Shown here piece after piece: positions 48,135 through 60,469 of a stretch of 64,000 bases of DNA. This DNA comes from Squalus acanthias. Lineage: Eukaryota. Within the stretch, counting starts at the first letter, position 1, and each line of letters begins with the position of its first letter. A program made the position numbers and the translations under genes. Below the pieces are notes generated by a model. It was not told the origin of the DNA. It saw only the letters and a program-made list of their open reading frames with translations, and searched no databases. The DNA is taken from positions 148,554,001 through 148,618,000 of the forward strand of contig CM059431.1 of assembly GCA_030390025.1 (NCBI GenBank), in the 5' to 3' direction.

Positions 48135-48725
48135 GCCCCTGATCATTGTCCAGTTAGCCCTGGTTTAGATAGAGGTGAAACAAGCCATGCTTCCTGCGCC
48201 TGATCATTGTCCAGTGACCCGTGGTTGAGTTAGAGGTGAAACAAGCCATGGTTCATGCGCCTGATCATTGTCCAGTGAGCCCTGGTTCAGATTGAAGTGA
48301 AACCAGCCATAGTTCCTGCGCCTGATCATTGTCCAGTGAGCATTGGTTTATAGAGAGTAGAATTCCGCCAGGGTTCTTGCTCCTAATCACTGTCCAGTGA
48401 CACCTGGTAAATAGAGAGTCGAAATCAGCCAGGATTACTGAAACTGATCACTGTCCACTGGGCCCTGGTTTATTGAAAGTTGAAATCAGACAGTGTTCTT
48501 GCTCCTGATCACTTTCCAGTGACGCCTGGGTTTGGGAGGGTGGGACTGAGCCAGTGTTCCTGCTCCTGGTCACTTTTCAGTGAGCCCTGGGTTTGAGAGT
48601 TTGTGGTTGAGCCATAGTTCCTGCTACTGAGCCCTGTCCAGTGACCCCTGGTTTAGAGAGAGGTGCGATTAGCCAGGGTTCCTGCTCCTGATCATTGTCC
48701 ATTTACCCCTCGGTCCGAGAGAGAG
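48135..48725 (+). repeat. 61-bp minisatellite (~10 units)
   Basis: CTGATCA.TGTCCAGT at 48139, 48200, 48261, 48322 and onward. Confidence 0.9.
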
Positions 48726-48831
48726 TCAGGAAATGTAACCCCACTATTTAAGAAAGGAGGGAGAGAGAAAACGTGGAACTACAGATCAGTTAGCCTTATA
48801 TCAGCAGTAGGGCAAATGCTAGACACTATTA

Positions 48832-51563
48832 TCTCTTAGGTCGTCCCTCGAATTCGAGTTTGACTTGCTTCCAAACTAAAAATAAGTTATCAGGTGACTG
48901 ATGAGTCTAATGCGGGACCTACAGTCTCTGTCATAGGTTGGGCAGACCGTGCTTGAAGGGGCGGGTGGTTGAGGTGCGCTCATTTTCCTGTTTGCGCTTG
49001 GCTTCCGCTTGCTCCTGCCTAAGAGATTTGAGTGGTTCGGCGCCTTCCCGGATGCTTCTTTTGCATTCTGTGCGGTCTTGGGCCAGGGATTCCCAGGTGT
49101 CGGTGGGGATGTTGCATTTTTTCATGGAGGGTTTGAGGGTGTCCTTCAAGCGTGTACTTTGCCCACCTGGGACTCTCTTGCCGTGTCGGAGCTCCGAGTA
49201 GGGCGCATGATTTGGGAGTCTAGTATCAAGCATGCGGACGATGTGACCCGTCCATCGGAGCTGATCGAGCGTGTTCAGAGCTTCGTTGCTGGGGATGTGG
49301 GCCTGAGTGAAAATACTGACGTCGGGGCTTCTTTGGATTGGCAGGACCTTGCAGAGACAGCGTTGTTGGTACCTCTCCAGTGATTTGAAGTGCCTGCTGT
49401 ACATGGTAAATGTCTCTGAAGCATACAGGAGAGGTTCTGTAAACCATGACCTTAGTGCCGGATTTGAGGTCCTGGTCTTCAAACACTCTTTTCCTCAGGC
49501 GTCCAATGGCTGCACTGGCACACGGAAGGTGGTGTTGGACTCCGTCATCGACGTCTGTCCTTGTTGACAGTAGGCTCCCGAGGTATGGAAATTGGTCCAG
49601 GTTGTCCAAGGCCATGTCGTGGATTTTGATATTCGGGGGGCAGTACTGTGTGGCGGGGGCAGGTTGGAGGAGGACCTTTGTCTTACGGATGTTTAGTGTA
49701 AGGCCCATGCACTCGTACGCTTCGGTGAATGTGTTGAATTTGGATTGCAGTTCGGCCTCAGAGTGTGAGCAGACGCAAGCGTCGTCTGCATTCTGTAATT
49801 CGATGAAAGTGGATAGGACGTCCTTGGATCCGGACTGGAGGCGACAGAGTTTGAACAGTGTTCCGTTTGTTCTGTAGATTAGTTCCACTTCAGCGGGGAG
49901 TTTACTGAGGGTGAGATGGACATTGCAGCAAGGAAGATCGAGAAGAGCTTTGGTTTGATGACACAGCCTTGCTTGACCCCGGTCCGTGCGCGAATTGGGT
50001 TTGGGGTTGATCTGTTGGTCAGGATCACAGCTTGCATGTCGGCACAGAGCAGGCGGAGGTTGGTGATAAACATTTGACGGCAGCCGAATTTGAGGAGGAC
50101 AGTCAATAATCCCTCATGGTTGACGATGTCAAAGGCGATTTTGAGGTCAAAGAAAGCCATGTACAGGGGTTGGTTCTGTTCCCTGCCTTTCTCTTGCAGT
50201 TGACGCACGATGATTATCATGTCTATTGTGCCCCTCAGTGGACGGAATCCACTTTGCGACTCTGGGAGGATCACTTCAGTCACTGGGAAAAGGCGATTGA
50301 GGAGGATTTTTGCGATCACTTTACCTGTGGCAGACATCAGGGAGACTCCTCTGTAATTACGGCAATAGGACTTGTCAACTTTCTTGAAGATGGTCATGAT
50401 TACCACATCTCTGAGATCACCCGGCATGCTCTCCTCCTTCCAAATAAGAGAAATGAGTTCACGTATTCATGCCAATAGTGCTTCTCAGCTTTGTTTTAGC
50501 GCCTCTGCGAGAATTCCATCTACTCCTGAGGCCTTGTTGTTCTTCAGTTGTCGTGTGGCCTTTTCTACATCATGGTGTTGTGCTGAGGTGGTGGCGGGTA
50601 GCATGCTGCAGGATGGAGTTGAGGACACTCACGTCGAAGACAGAGTCTTTGTTAAGGAGATCTTCGAAGTGCTCCTTTCAGCGGGCACTGACTGCCTCTC
50701 TGTCCTTGATGAGCATCTCTCCGTTCTTGGCCCGCAGTGGGGTAGGACCTTGGGTAATTGGGCCGTCGGTGCTCTTGACTGCGCTAAAGAATCCACGCAT
50801 GTCATGGTTGTCGGCTAGCTGCTGGATCTCCTGTGCTTACTCCACCCACGATCTGTTCTGTAGGTCGCGAGTTTTTTGTTGGACCTCGGCATGCAGGCGT
50901 TTGTAGAGCTGCTTTCTTGCTCTCGAGTTGTGTTGCTGTTTCCAGTTCAGGAATGCCTTGCACTTGCGATATTTTAGCTCCTGGATATCCTGGTCGTCCT
51001 CGTCGAACCAGTCTGTGTGTTTCCTGGTCGAGCGACGAGAGTCTCTTCACAGGTGCTGATTATGGAGGCCTTGAGTGCAGCCCAGGCGCTGTGGACACTC
51101 TGTGTCTCTGCATCACTGGGAGTCATCAATATTGTTTGTGAGTCGCAGTCTGAATAGGGCTTTTTTAACGGGGTCTTTAGAGTGCTCCAGTGTTGATTTT
51201 CCTGCGGCATTGTTTCAGTTGCAGCCGCTTTTTTGGCGCTACATTGTTGGAGATGACAGAACGGATTAGTTGTTTGTCTGTCCAGCAGTCTTCAATTCCT
51301 GCCATGGCGCAGGTAATGCGGACAAACTTGCAGTCGCTCGCTCGGACGATGACGTAGTCCAGCAGATGCCAATGCTTGGAGCGAGGTTGCTGCCATGAAG
51401 CCTTGCACTTCTCTCTCTGAGGGAACAAATTGTTGTTTATGACAAAGCCATGTTCTCATCATTTCGTCAGGAGGAGGCATTCCCTACACCTTCTCTTCTG
51501 ATCACACTTCCCGAGAGGACTGTGTCTTTTCCAACTCTGGCGTTAAAGTCGCCAAGGAGGATT
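48832..51563 (-). mobile_element. RTE-clade LINE, 3' part (decayed)
   Basis: RQLQEKGREQNQPLYMAFFDL, GVKQGC, ELQNADD, QLRWTGHIVRM, WHLLDYVIVR. Confidence 0.9.
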
Positions 51564-54500
51564 TAACATAAGAAAATAACAAATAGTGGCAGGAGTAGGC
51601 CAATCGGCCCCTCGAGCCTGCTCTGCCATTCAATAAGATCATGGCTGATCTGATCCTAAGCTCAAATCTAAAGAACACAAGATGTAGGAGCAGGACCCGG
51701 CCACTCAGCCCCTGGGCCCGCTCCGATACCCACAGGGCCTTGACCGATCCGAACTCAGCCTCATGTCCAACTTCCTGCCCGCTCCCCGTAACCCCTAATT
51801 CCCTTTACTTCCAGGAAACTGTCTATTTCTGTTTTAAATTTATTTAATGATGTAGCTTCCACAGCTTCCTGGGGCAGCAAATTCCACAGACCTACTACCT
51901 TCTGAGTGAAGAAGTTTCTCCTCATCTCAGTTTTGAAAGAGCAGCCCCTTATTCTAAGATTATGCCCCGTAGTTCTAGTTTCACCCATCCTTGGGAACAT
52001 CCTTACTGCATCCACCCGATCAAGCCCCTTCACAATCTTATAGGTTTCAATAAGATCGCCTCTCATTCTTCTGAACTCCAATTAGTAGAGTCCCAATCTA
52101 CTCAACCTCTCCTCATATGTCCACCCCCTCATCCCCGGGATTAACCGAGTGAACCTTCTTTGAACTGCCTCGAGAACAAGTATGTCTTTTCTGAAGTATG
52201 GACACCAAAACTGTATGCAGTATTCCAGGTGCGGTCTCACCAATACCTTATATAACTGCAGCAATACCTCCCTTTTTTTATAATCTATCCCCCTAGCAAG
52301 AAAAGCCAACATTCAGTTGGCCTTCTTGATCACCTGCTGCACCTGCATACTAACTTTTTGATTTTCTTGCACTAGGACCCCCAGATACCTTTGTAATGCA
52401 GTACTTCCCAGTTTCTCGCCATTAAGATAATACCTTGCTCACTGATTTTTCCTGCCAAAGTGCATAACCTCACATTTTCCAATATTGTGTTGCATCTGCC
52501 ATATCTCCGCCCACTCACCCAGCATGTCTATATCCCCTTGTAGGTTTTTTACGTCCTCCTCACTTTCTACTTTCCCTCCCATCTTTGTATCATCTGCAAA
52601 CTTTGATATGTTACACTCTGTCCCCTCCTCCAACTCGTTAATATAGATTGTAAAGAGTTGGGGAGCAAGCACCGACCCCTACGGAACACCACTGGCTACT
52701 GGTTGCCCGTCCGAGAATGAACCATTTATCCCAACTCTCTGCTTCCTGTTAGATTAGCAATCCTCTACCCATGCCAGAATATTACCCCCAATCCAGAGAT
52801 TTTTTATCTTGAGCAATAATCTTTTATGTGGCACCTTGTCGAATGCCTTCTGGAAGTCTAAATACACTACGCCCACTGGTTCCCCTTTATCCACCCTGTA
52901 CGTTATGTCCTCATAGAACTCAGGCAAATTTGTCAGACATGACTTCCCCTTCATAAAGCCATGCTGACTTTGTCCTATTAAATTATGTTTATCTAAATGT
53001 TCCGTTATTGTCTCCTTAATAATAGACTCCAAAAATTTTCCCACCTCTGATGTTCGGCTAAGAGGTCTATAATTTCCAGCATTCTACATACTACGCTTTT
53101 TAAATAAGGGTGTTACATTAGCAGTTTTCCAATCTGCCATGACCTTTGCTGAGTCCAGGGAATTTTGGAAAATTATTACCAAAGCATCCACAATCCCTAC
53201 TGCCACTTCCCTCAAGACCCTAGGATGTAAGCCATCAGGTCCAGGGGATTTATCCGCCTTGGGTCCCAATATTTTACTGAGTACCTATTTCTTAGTCATT
53301 TTAATCGTATTTAGCTCCTCCCCCCCTAGAGCCCCCTTTTTGTCTAGTGTTGGGATATCCTTAGTGTCCTCTACCGTAAAATCTGAAATAAAATATTTGT
53401 TCAGCATTTTTGGCATCTCCATGTTATCCACCATTAATTTCCCGGTCTCATCCTCTAAGGGAACTATGTTTGCCTTAACCAACCTTTTTCTTTTTATATA
53501 ACTATAGAAACTCTTGCGATCTTTTTTTATATTTTTGGCTAATTTATTTTCATAATCTATCTTCCCTTTCTTAATCAATCCTTTAGTAACTTTTTGCTGT
53601 CTTCTGAAGACTTCCCAATCTTCTATCCTCCCACTAAGTTTGGCTACCTTATATGTCCTTGTTTTTAGTCGGATACTATCCTTAATTACTTTATTTAGCC
53701 ACGGACGGCTGTCATTTCTTTTAAACCCTTTTTTCCTCAGTGGAATATATATTTTTTGAAGTTGTAAAATAACTCCTTAAATGAACACCACTGCTCATGT
53801 ACCGTCTCACCCTTTAATCTAGTTTCCGAGTCCACTTTATCAATTCCGCGCGCATACCATCATAGTCTCCTTTATTCAAGCTCAGTACGCTTGTTTGAGA
53901 ACCAACCTTCTCACCCTCTAATTGGATATGGAATTCAACCATGTTATGATCTCTCATTCCAAGGGGATCCTTAACTAGTTCATTCTTAATTAATCCTGAC
54001 TCATTGCACAGGACCAGGTCCAAGGTTGCTTGCCCACTTGTAGGATTAGTTACATACTGCTTAAGAAATCCATCCCTAATACACTCAATAAACTCTTCCT
54101 CATGGCTGCCCTGCCCAATTTGATTTGTCCAGTTAATATGATACTTAAAATCCCCCATAATTATAGCTGTTCCCTTATTTAATGCCCCAACTATTTCCTG
54201 ATTAATACTTCTTCCAGCAGAGTTGCAACTATTAGGAGGCCAATATACCAATCCCACTAGTGTTTTTTTCCCCTTAACATTCCTTATCTCCACCCAAACT
54301 GTTTCATTATCCTGATCCTTTGACCCAATATAATTTCCCTGTATTCCAGTCTTTCCTTCCTTTCTTAACATAGCCACCCCACCTCCCCTACGTTCCTGCC
54401 TGTCCTTCCTGATTGTTAAATAACTTGGCATTTTTAATTCCCAGTCGTTGTCACCCTGCAGCCATGTTTCGTAATGGCCACAAGATCATAAACATACATA

Positions 54501-56140
54501 GTTATTTGTGCCGTTAACTTATCTATTTTTTTACGAATGCGACGTGCATTCAGATAAAGAACTTTCAAATATGTTTTGTGACACTTAGTTCCTGCTTTTT
54601 CCTTTTTTAACACTTTACCTTTTACTCCATACCTTCTGTCCCTTCCTGAGACGCTTTCCTCTGTCTCCCTGCTCAGGTGACCAACCCCCTGCCACTTTAG
54701 TATAAACCCTCCCCAACAGCACCAGCAAACCCTCCCACTAGGACAGCGGTCCCGGCCCTGCCCAGGTGCAGAGCATCCGGTTTGTATTGGTTCCACCTCC
54801 CCCAGAACCGGTTCCAATGTCCCAGGAATTTGAATACCTCCCCCTTGCACCATTCCTCTAGCCACGTATTAATTTGAAATATCCTCCTATTTCTACTCTG
54901 ACTAGCATGTGGCACTGGTAGCAATCCTGAGATTACTACCTTTGAGATCCTATTTTTTAATTTACCTCCTAACTCCCTCTATTCTTCTTTTAGGACCTCA
55001 TCCCCTTTTTTACCTATATCGTTGGTGCCTATGTGCACCACGACAGCTGCCTTTTCGCCCTCCCCCTCCAAAATGTTCTGTAGCCGCTCCGAGACGTCCT
55101 TGACCCTTGCACCAGGAAGTCAACACACCATCCTGAAGTCTCGGTTGCGGCCGCAGAATCGCCTATCTATTCCCCTTAAAATTGAGTCCCCTATCACTAT
55201 AGCTCTTCCAATCTTTTTCCTCCCAGCCTGTGCAGCAGAGCCACCCATGGTGCCAGGAAGTTGGCTGCTGCTGCCTTCCCCTGATAATTCATCCCCCGCA
55301 ACAGTATTCAAAGTGGTATATCTGTTTGAGAGGGGGATGTCCACAGGGGACCCCTGCACTATCTGCCTGCACCTCTTACTCTGCCTGGTGGTCACCCATT
55401 TACTTTCTGCCTGTGCTCCCTTTGCCTGTGGTGTGACCAAATCTCTAAACGTGCTATCCACGAGGTTCTCAGCATCGCGAATGCTCCAATACGCATCCAT
55501 CTGCAGCTCCAGCGCCGCAATGCGTTCTGTCAGTAGCTGCAGCTGGATATACTTCCCGCACACATGCTTGTCAGGGACACCGGAAGGGTCCCTGATTTCC
55601 CACATCGAGCAGGAGGAGCATAACACGGGGCTGGGCTGTCCTGTCAGGACTTACCCTTTAATTAAATGAACTTAAATTAAATCAAATCAATACGACCAAT
55701 TACACTCAATTAAATGCTCTACTCAAGGGCATGGTTACTAGCACTAGAAACTATATCCACAAAATTAAGACCTTCTAAACTTTATAAACTATGAACCTTA
55801 ACTGTCAAACTATAGAGTAGTATAAATACTTCCCGAGCTTTACTCACCCAATCAGCTGCTCCCTCCAGCCTGTGTCACGTATTGAATCGTGATGTTGCTC
55901 TGAGATTGGTATGCCTGTGAAAGTAAATTCCACGAAAATGAGTTCAAATACTCACAGGACCTCCGGTCTCGTCGCTCCCGACACCAGCCTATGAAAGAAA
56001 AGCCCGTGAAAGTGAGTTGAAATACTCACCGGACCTCCGGTCTCGTCGCTCCCGACACCAGCCTGTGAAAGAAAAGCCCGCGAAAGTGAGTTCAAATACT
56101 CACTGGACCTCCGGTCTCGCCGCTCCCGACACCAGCCTGC
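51564..56140 (-). mobile_element. Full-length decayed CR1 nested in the RTE endonuclease domain
   Basis: ORF1 55120-55626 (CSSC..CGK, IGDSILRG); ORF2 fragments; 3' tail ~51564. RTE frame reads SRVPTGEK | ILLGDFNARVG across it. Confidence 0.9.
55915..56140 (-). repeat. Three 74-bp monomers at the CR1 5' end
   Basis: CAGCCT at 55985, 56059, 56133; each unit has a GTGAGTATTT-like donor motif on minus. Confidence 0.85.
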
Positions 56141-56745
56141 TTTTCGCCCGTTGGGACTCGGGACAGGGATTGTTCGAGGCTGGAGCAGAATTCCTCTTTT
56201 GTCTCGTCTGTGACTTCCAGTGTTGTCGCGTAAGCACTGATAACCTTTGCGCAGTGGTTCCGGGCTCGGTTGAGCTGAAGAGACATGAGTCACACATTTA
56301 TACCGCAAGGGGAGTCTCTGAGACGTCCAACTTGTTCATTTTTTTATGCCGAAGCCTACCCCATGGAGATCACGTCCGTCTTCAGGTTTGTCTTTCCAGA
56401 AGAAGTTGTAGCCAACGCCTTGCACCTTGAGCTGCCCTTCCCCTGCATGCCTGGTCTCACTTAGGGTGGCGATGTCATTGTCGAAGCGTCTGAGCTCCCA
56501 CGCAACAATAGCAGTATGGCGTTCCGGTTTGTCACTGTTGGAGTTGTCCATGAGGATCCTGAAGTTCCAGGTCCCGAACTTAATTTTAAAGGGTGGAAGA
56601 TGCCTGTGCGTGAATTATTTTAACGTGGGGTGGCCGTTGCACACCAGCTAGCACACGGGCATGACAGAGCAATGTCTTCGTCCAATGGCAAGGGGATACA
56701 TGACGATTGGAGACAATGCTCTGCTCCATCGGCCAAGCACACACA
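56141..56745 (-). mobile_element. RTE-clade LINE, 5' part (5' UTR and APE N-terminus)
   Basis: PERHTAIVAWELRRFDNDIATLSETR, LHGVGF, VISAYATT. Confidence 0.88.
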
Positions 56746-56763
56746 CACAAACATACTCCTAAT

Positions 56764-57476
56764 GGCCCAGAAATTAAACATCGATGATTCCCGCAGGGGT
56801 AAGGATTCCCCGCGATATCTCACTCCGCGCCTACCTTTTTGTTTGGGGCCCACATGAACTTTAGTTTCAGAGCCTCTCCCTGCTGCAATCGTGCAGTGCT
56901 TGCGTACCCAGAGGCGCAATGAGTTCATGCGAGCTCTGGGATCACGTGATTCAGTTAGAGCCAATGGCAGCACACCATCTTTTATTCATAGTTTTGACAG
57001 CAAGGGCTATCAAAACTATGAATACTACAAACCCACAAAAGAACAGCAAAACCTCAATTAATTTTTAAAAAAAGCCATCACATTAATAAAATAAGTAAAG
57101 TTAAATAAATTAACTACTTCAAACAAAAAATTAAATTTTTGAAAAAATTTAAAATCTTTTCAAAAGTTATAAAATTAAACTTACCTTTCTTTAAAGTCTC
57201 TATAAAAGATAAACCTGTTGAAAACTTTTTAAAATAACACTTAATTAACTACTTACTTTGTTAAAAGGGGGTCCTAGGCCTGCTTTCTTTATGTGTAAAA
57301 TCTTCACCACTTACCTGCGCGTTCAAACCTGAAAAAAAAACTAAGTGCACTGCACTTGGGAACCACCCCCTTTGCAATACACGAAGTGCCGGTTTCCCGC
57401 GCATGCGCAGTGCATGCAGGAAACCGGCAATTCGGGACCCAATACGCGAGAGTACACAGTGCGTAATTTTCAGGCC
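56764..57476. mobile_element. MITE, second copy of 16245-16987
   Basis: GGCCCAGAAATT...AATTTTCAGGCC; flanks AAT/ATT; shared internal sequence. Confidence 0.8.
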
Positions 57477-57799
57477 ATTATCCTCCTCCCTCCTTCCCAC
57501 AGGTCCTCTCTGCCTGGATTTCGTAGCATGCATTGTGGTACTCCCGACCTCGCTGTTGGCCCGTCCCGCACCTTACCTGGGCCCCGACCCCAAAGCTGGT
57601 CCACGCTGCGCATCTCTTGGGACTTGACCTCGCTGCTGTGCTCTTCCTGGCTTTTGGGTCCCTGCCTCGGACATGAATGATGTTTTGTCTCACAAGATCA
57701 AATTAGCACTGATATTCTGGTGAAGTTTAGCCGGGGGGAGGTTAGTGGAGCCCCATCAGGTTTCTGTATTTGTGCCTGTATTTGTATTAGTATTCCTGT

Positions 57800-58070
57800 C
57801 CCTGAGCGCCACACGCTGTTCCTGGCCCTGAGCTCGCCTCGCGGTTCCTGGCCCCGAGTTCGCCTCTGGTCTCTGGCCCCGAGCTCGCCACGCGATTCCT
57901 GGCCCCGAGCTCGCCTCGCGATCCCTGGCCCCGAGCTCCACACACTATTTCTGGCCCCGAGCTCGACTCGCTGTTCCTGGCCCCGAGCTCGCCTCTGGTC
58001 TCTGGCCCCGAGCTCCACTCGCGAAGCCTGTTCCCGAGATAGCCTTGCGATTCCTGGCCACACCACTCGG
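57800..58070 (+). repeat. GC-rich ~26-29-bp repeat (CTGGCCCCGAGCTC core)
   Basis: About 9 units by direct reading. Confidence 0.85.
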
Positions 58071-58099
58071 TGTCGTACTCTGTTATGCACCACATGCCT

Positions 58100-59030
58100 C
58101 AATGTAACACTCAAATAATCCCCACAACACTCATTGTAACAATCTGATATGCCCTAAACCCTCACTGTAACACACTGCAATTCCCCACACTCTTCATTGT
58201 AACATTCTGATATACCACACCACATAAATGTAACATTCTGATATACCCCAAACCTCTCAGTGCAACACCCTGATAGACACCCGCTGGCCAATAAATTTCA
58301 GATGTAGAGCTCAACTCTCGCTGTAACACTGATATCCGCTACACCAATCACTATAACGCTCTGATATAACCCACATCAATTAATTTAACACTCTGATATA
58401 CCCCACACCCCTCAATGTAAAGATCTGATAATACTCCACACCACTACCTGTAACACTCTGCTTTCCCCCACACCACTCATTGTAACACTCTGATATCCCG
58501 CACACCCCTCACTGTAACATTCTGATATACCCCTCATCACTCACTGTAACACTCTAATACACCCCACACCACTCAATGTAACACTCTTATATACCCCACA
58601 CCCCACACTGTAACTTACTATGATATACTTCACATCCCTCAATGTAACACTCTGATATAACTCACACCCTCACTGTAACATTAAAATAACCACTCTGATT
58701 TATCCAACAATCCTCGCTGTAACCTTCTTATATACGCCACACCCATTACTGTAACACTGATGTACCCCACACCACTCACGCAAACATCTGATATACCCCA
58801 CACTTCTCACTCTTACTCTCTTATATACTGCATAAATCCTCACTGTAAAAATCTGATATTACCCACACCCCTCACAGTAACACACTGCTATGACCCACAC
58901 CTCTCAGTTTAACACATTTATATACCCATACCCCTCACTGTAACACACTCGTATTCACCAGACACTTCACTGTAACAATTTGATATACCCCTCACCCCTC
59001 ACTATAACACTTGGATATACACCACACCCC
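58100..59030 (-). repeat. 32-bp minisatellite, inverted relative to 6960-7675
   Basis: CTCACTGTAACACTCTGATATACCCCACACC units. Confidence 0.9.
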
Positions 59031-60039
59031 TTTTTCTTATCCTCAGTACTTCAGTTACAATCAGCTGGGTTTGTTTATTCTGCAGTACAGCAGGAGGCAA
59101 CAGAGAATCACCCTGGGTCTCACTGAGAGATCCACTGAACTGTGACAGGCCTGCATGGGCTCCAATTGTAAATTCAAATACAAAGATTGGAAATAAACAC
59201 ATTGAAATATGTCTGAGTGAATATTTTTGAGAATGTAAATTATCCTAGTAATCCAATTCTAAACAACAGAATCAGTGCCACTAATGCAGAGCTGTATATG
59301 GTGGGAAAGGAGACACTGACTGGAACTGACTGATTAGCTGATATTTCAGACATTTAAAGATGTGGGTGTGATCTGTCAGGATTTGTTCCTGTGACACTGT
59401 GTCAGTAAACATACCGAGCATTCGCTGAAAACAAAAGCAAATTTCTGCGGTTGCTGGAAAATCTGAAAAAAGAATTGAAAATGCTTTAAATACTCAACAG
59501 GTCAGAAATCATCTGTGGAGAGAGAGAGAGAGAGTTAACGTTACAGGGTGATGTTCTTCCGCCATTTGCTGAAAACTCTCCTCAATCAAGACAATATTCT
59601 GCTGATCTGTTATAAATGTTCAGTGTAGATAGCAGAACGAAATTCGTTTAGCAAAGAGTATCGTCCAATATCATTTCTTGAGTTGAATACAGAAAAAAAT
59701 AATCTTGGTAACACAGTATCACCTTCAGAATCAACAGCCGACAGCAGTGGGGATGGGATGGATTATGACTAGAACAGTAATACAGTAAAACATGATTTAT
59801 ATAATTAATCGTTGGATACAGAGACTTACCAGTATCACCAATACCAGCGAGGATGTGCCAGTCTATTTAAACAACAACTCTTGCATTAACAAAATGCAAC
59901 AACTTGAAACACACGATACCATTAATAACTGAGTAAAGCACGAGAAATAGCAAGAATAATATTACAGTGTAATGTGATCTATATAATTAATAACTGGATA
60001 GAAATACTTACAAGAAACACTAACAGCAGCAAGAAGGGG

Positions 60040-60345
60040 ATAGAAACGCTCTGGAAACATTGAATTCACGCACAATCAAAGTCACAGAACCATTCCTATC
60101 AGTCAACATTCCCGACTCCTCCATCACCCTCTCAGGGCATATCCTGTTCCACCGGCAGTACAGACTCACCAAATGTGGGGGCACATGGATATACAGTCGA
60201 CTGGGAGAGATCCTGCGAGGCTTCAAATTTGCTTCCGGACATAATGAAGTATCGCGGCTTCCATTCAGACATGGGCAAGGTAACTTCCTGCTGATTACTA
60301 TCTACCGACATCATTCTGCTGATGAATCAGCACATCTTCAGGCAA
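60040..60345 (+). mobile_element. LINE endonuclease fragment
   Basis: NIPDSSITLSGHILFHRQYRLTKCGG...LLITIYR. Confidence 0.6.
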
Positions 60346-60469
60346 CCGATCAGATTATTTCAAAGCAGTCATAAACCTTTCGTGAATGGTAGTGAACAAT
60401 TAAACAGTTTCCTCAGTCCTGAAAATGTCTCCTTTTCTATTAGATATCGAATTACCTTTTGAAACTTAC

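Noticed and set aside
48895..48925. CTGATGAG as a hammerhead core (also CTGATGAA in both LTRs)
   Set aside because: No stem II plus GAAA downstream; at 48898 it is antisense RTE coding sequence.
59075..59200. Possible host terminal exon (TTCTGCAG acceptor, AATAAA)
   Set aside because: No coding signal or upstream partner exon; such motifs occur by chance.
59430..59560. Remnant resembling another Penelope/hammerhead-type short repeat
   Set aside because: Catalytic core is not recoverable; too degenerate to call.
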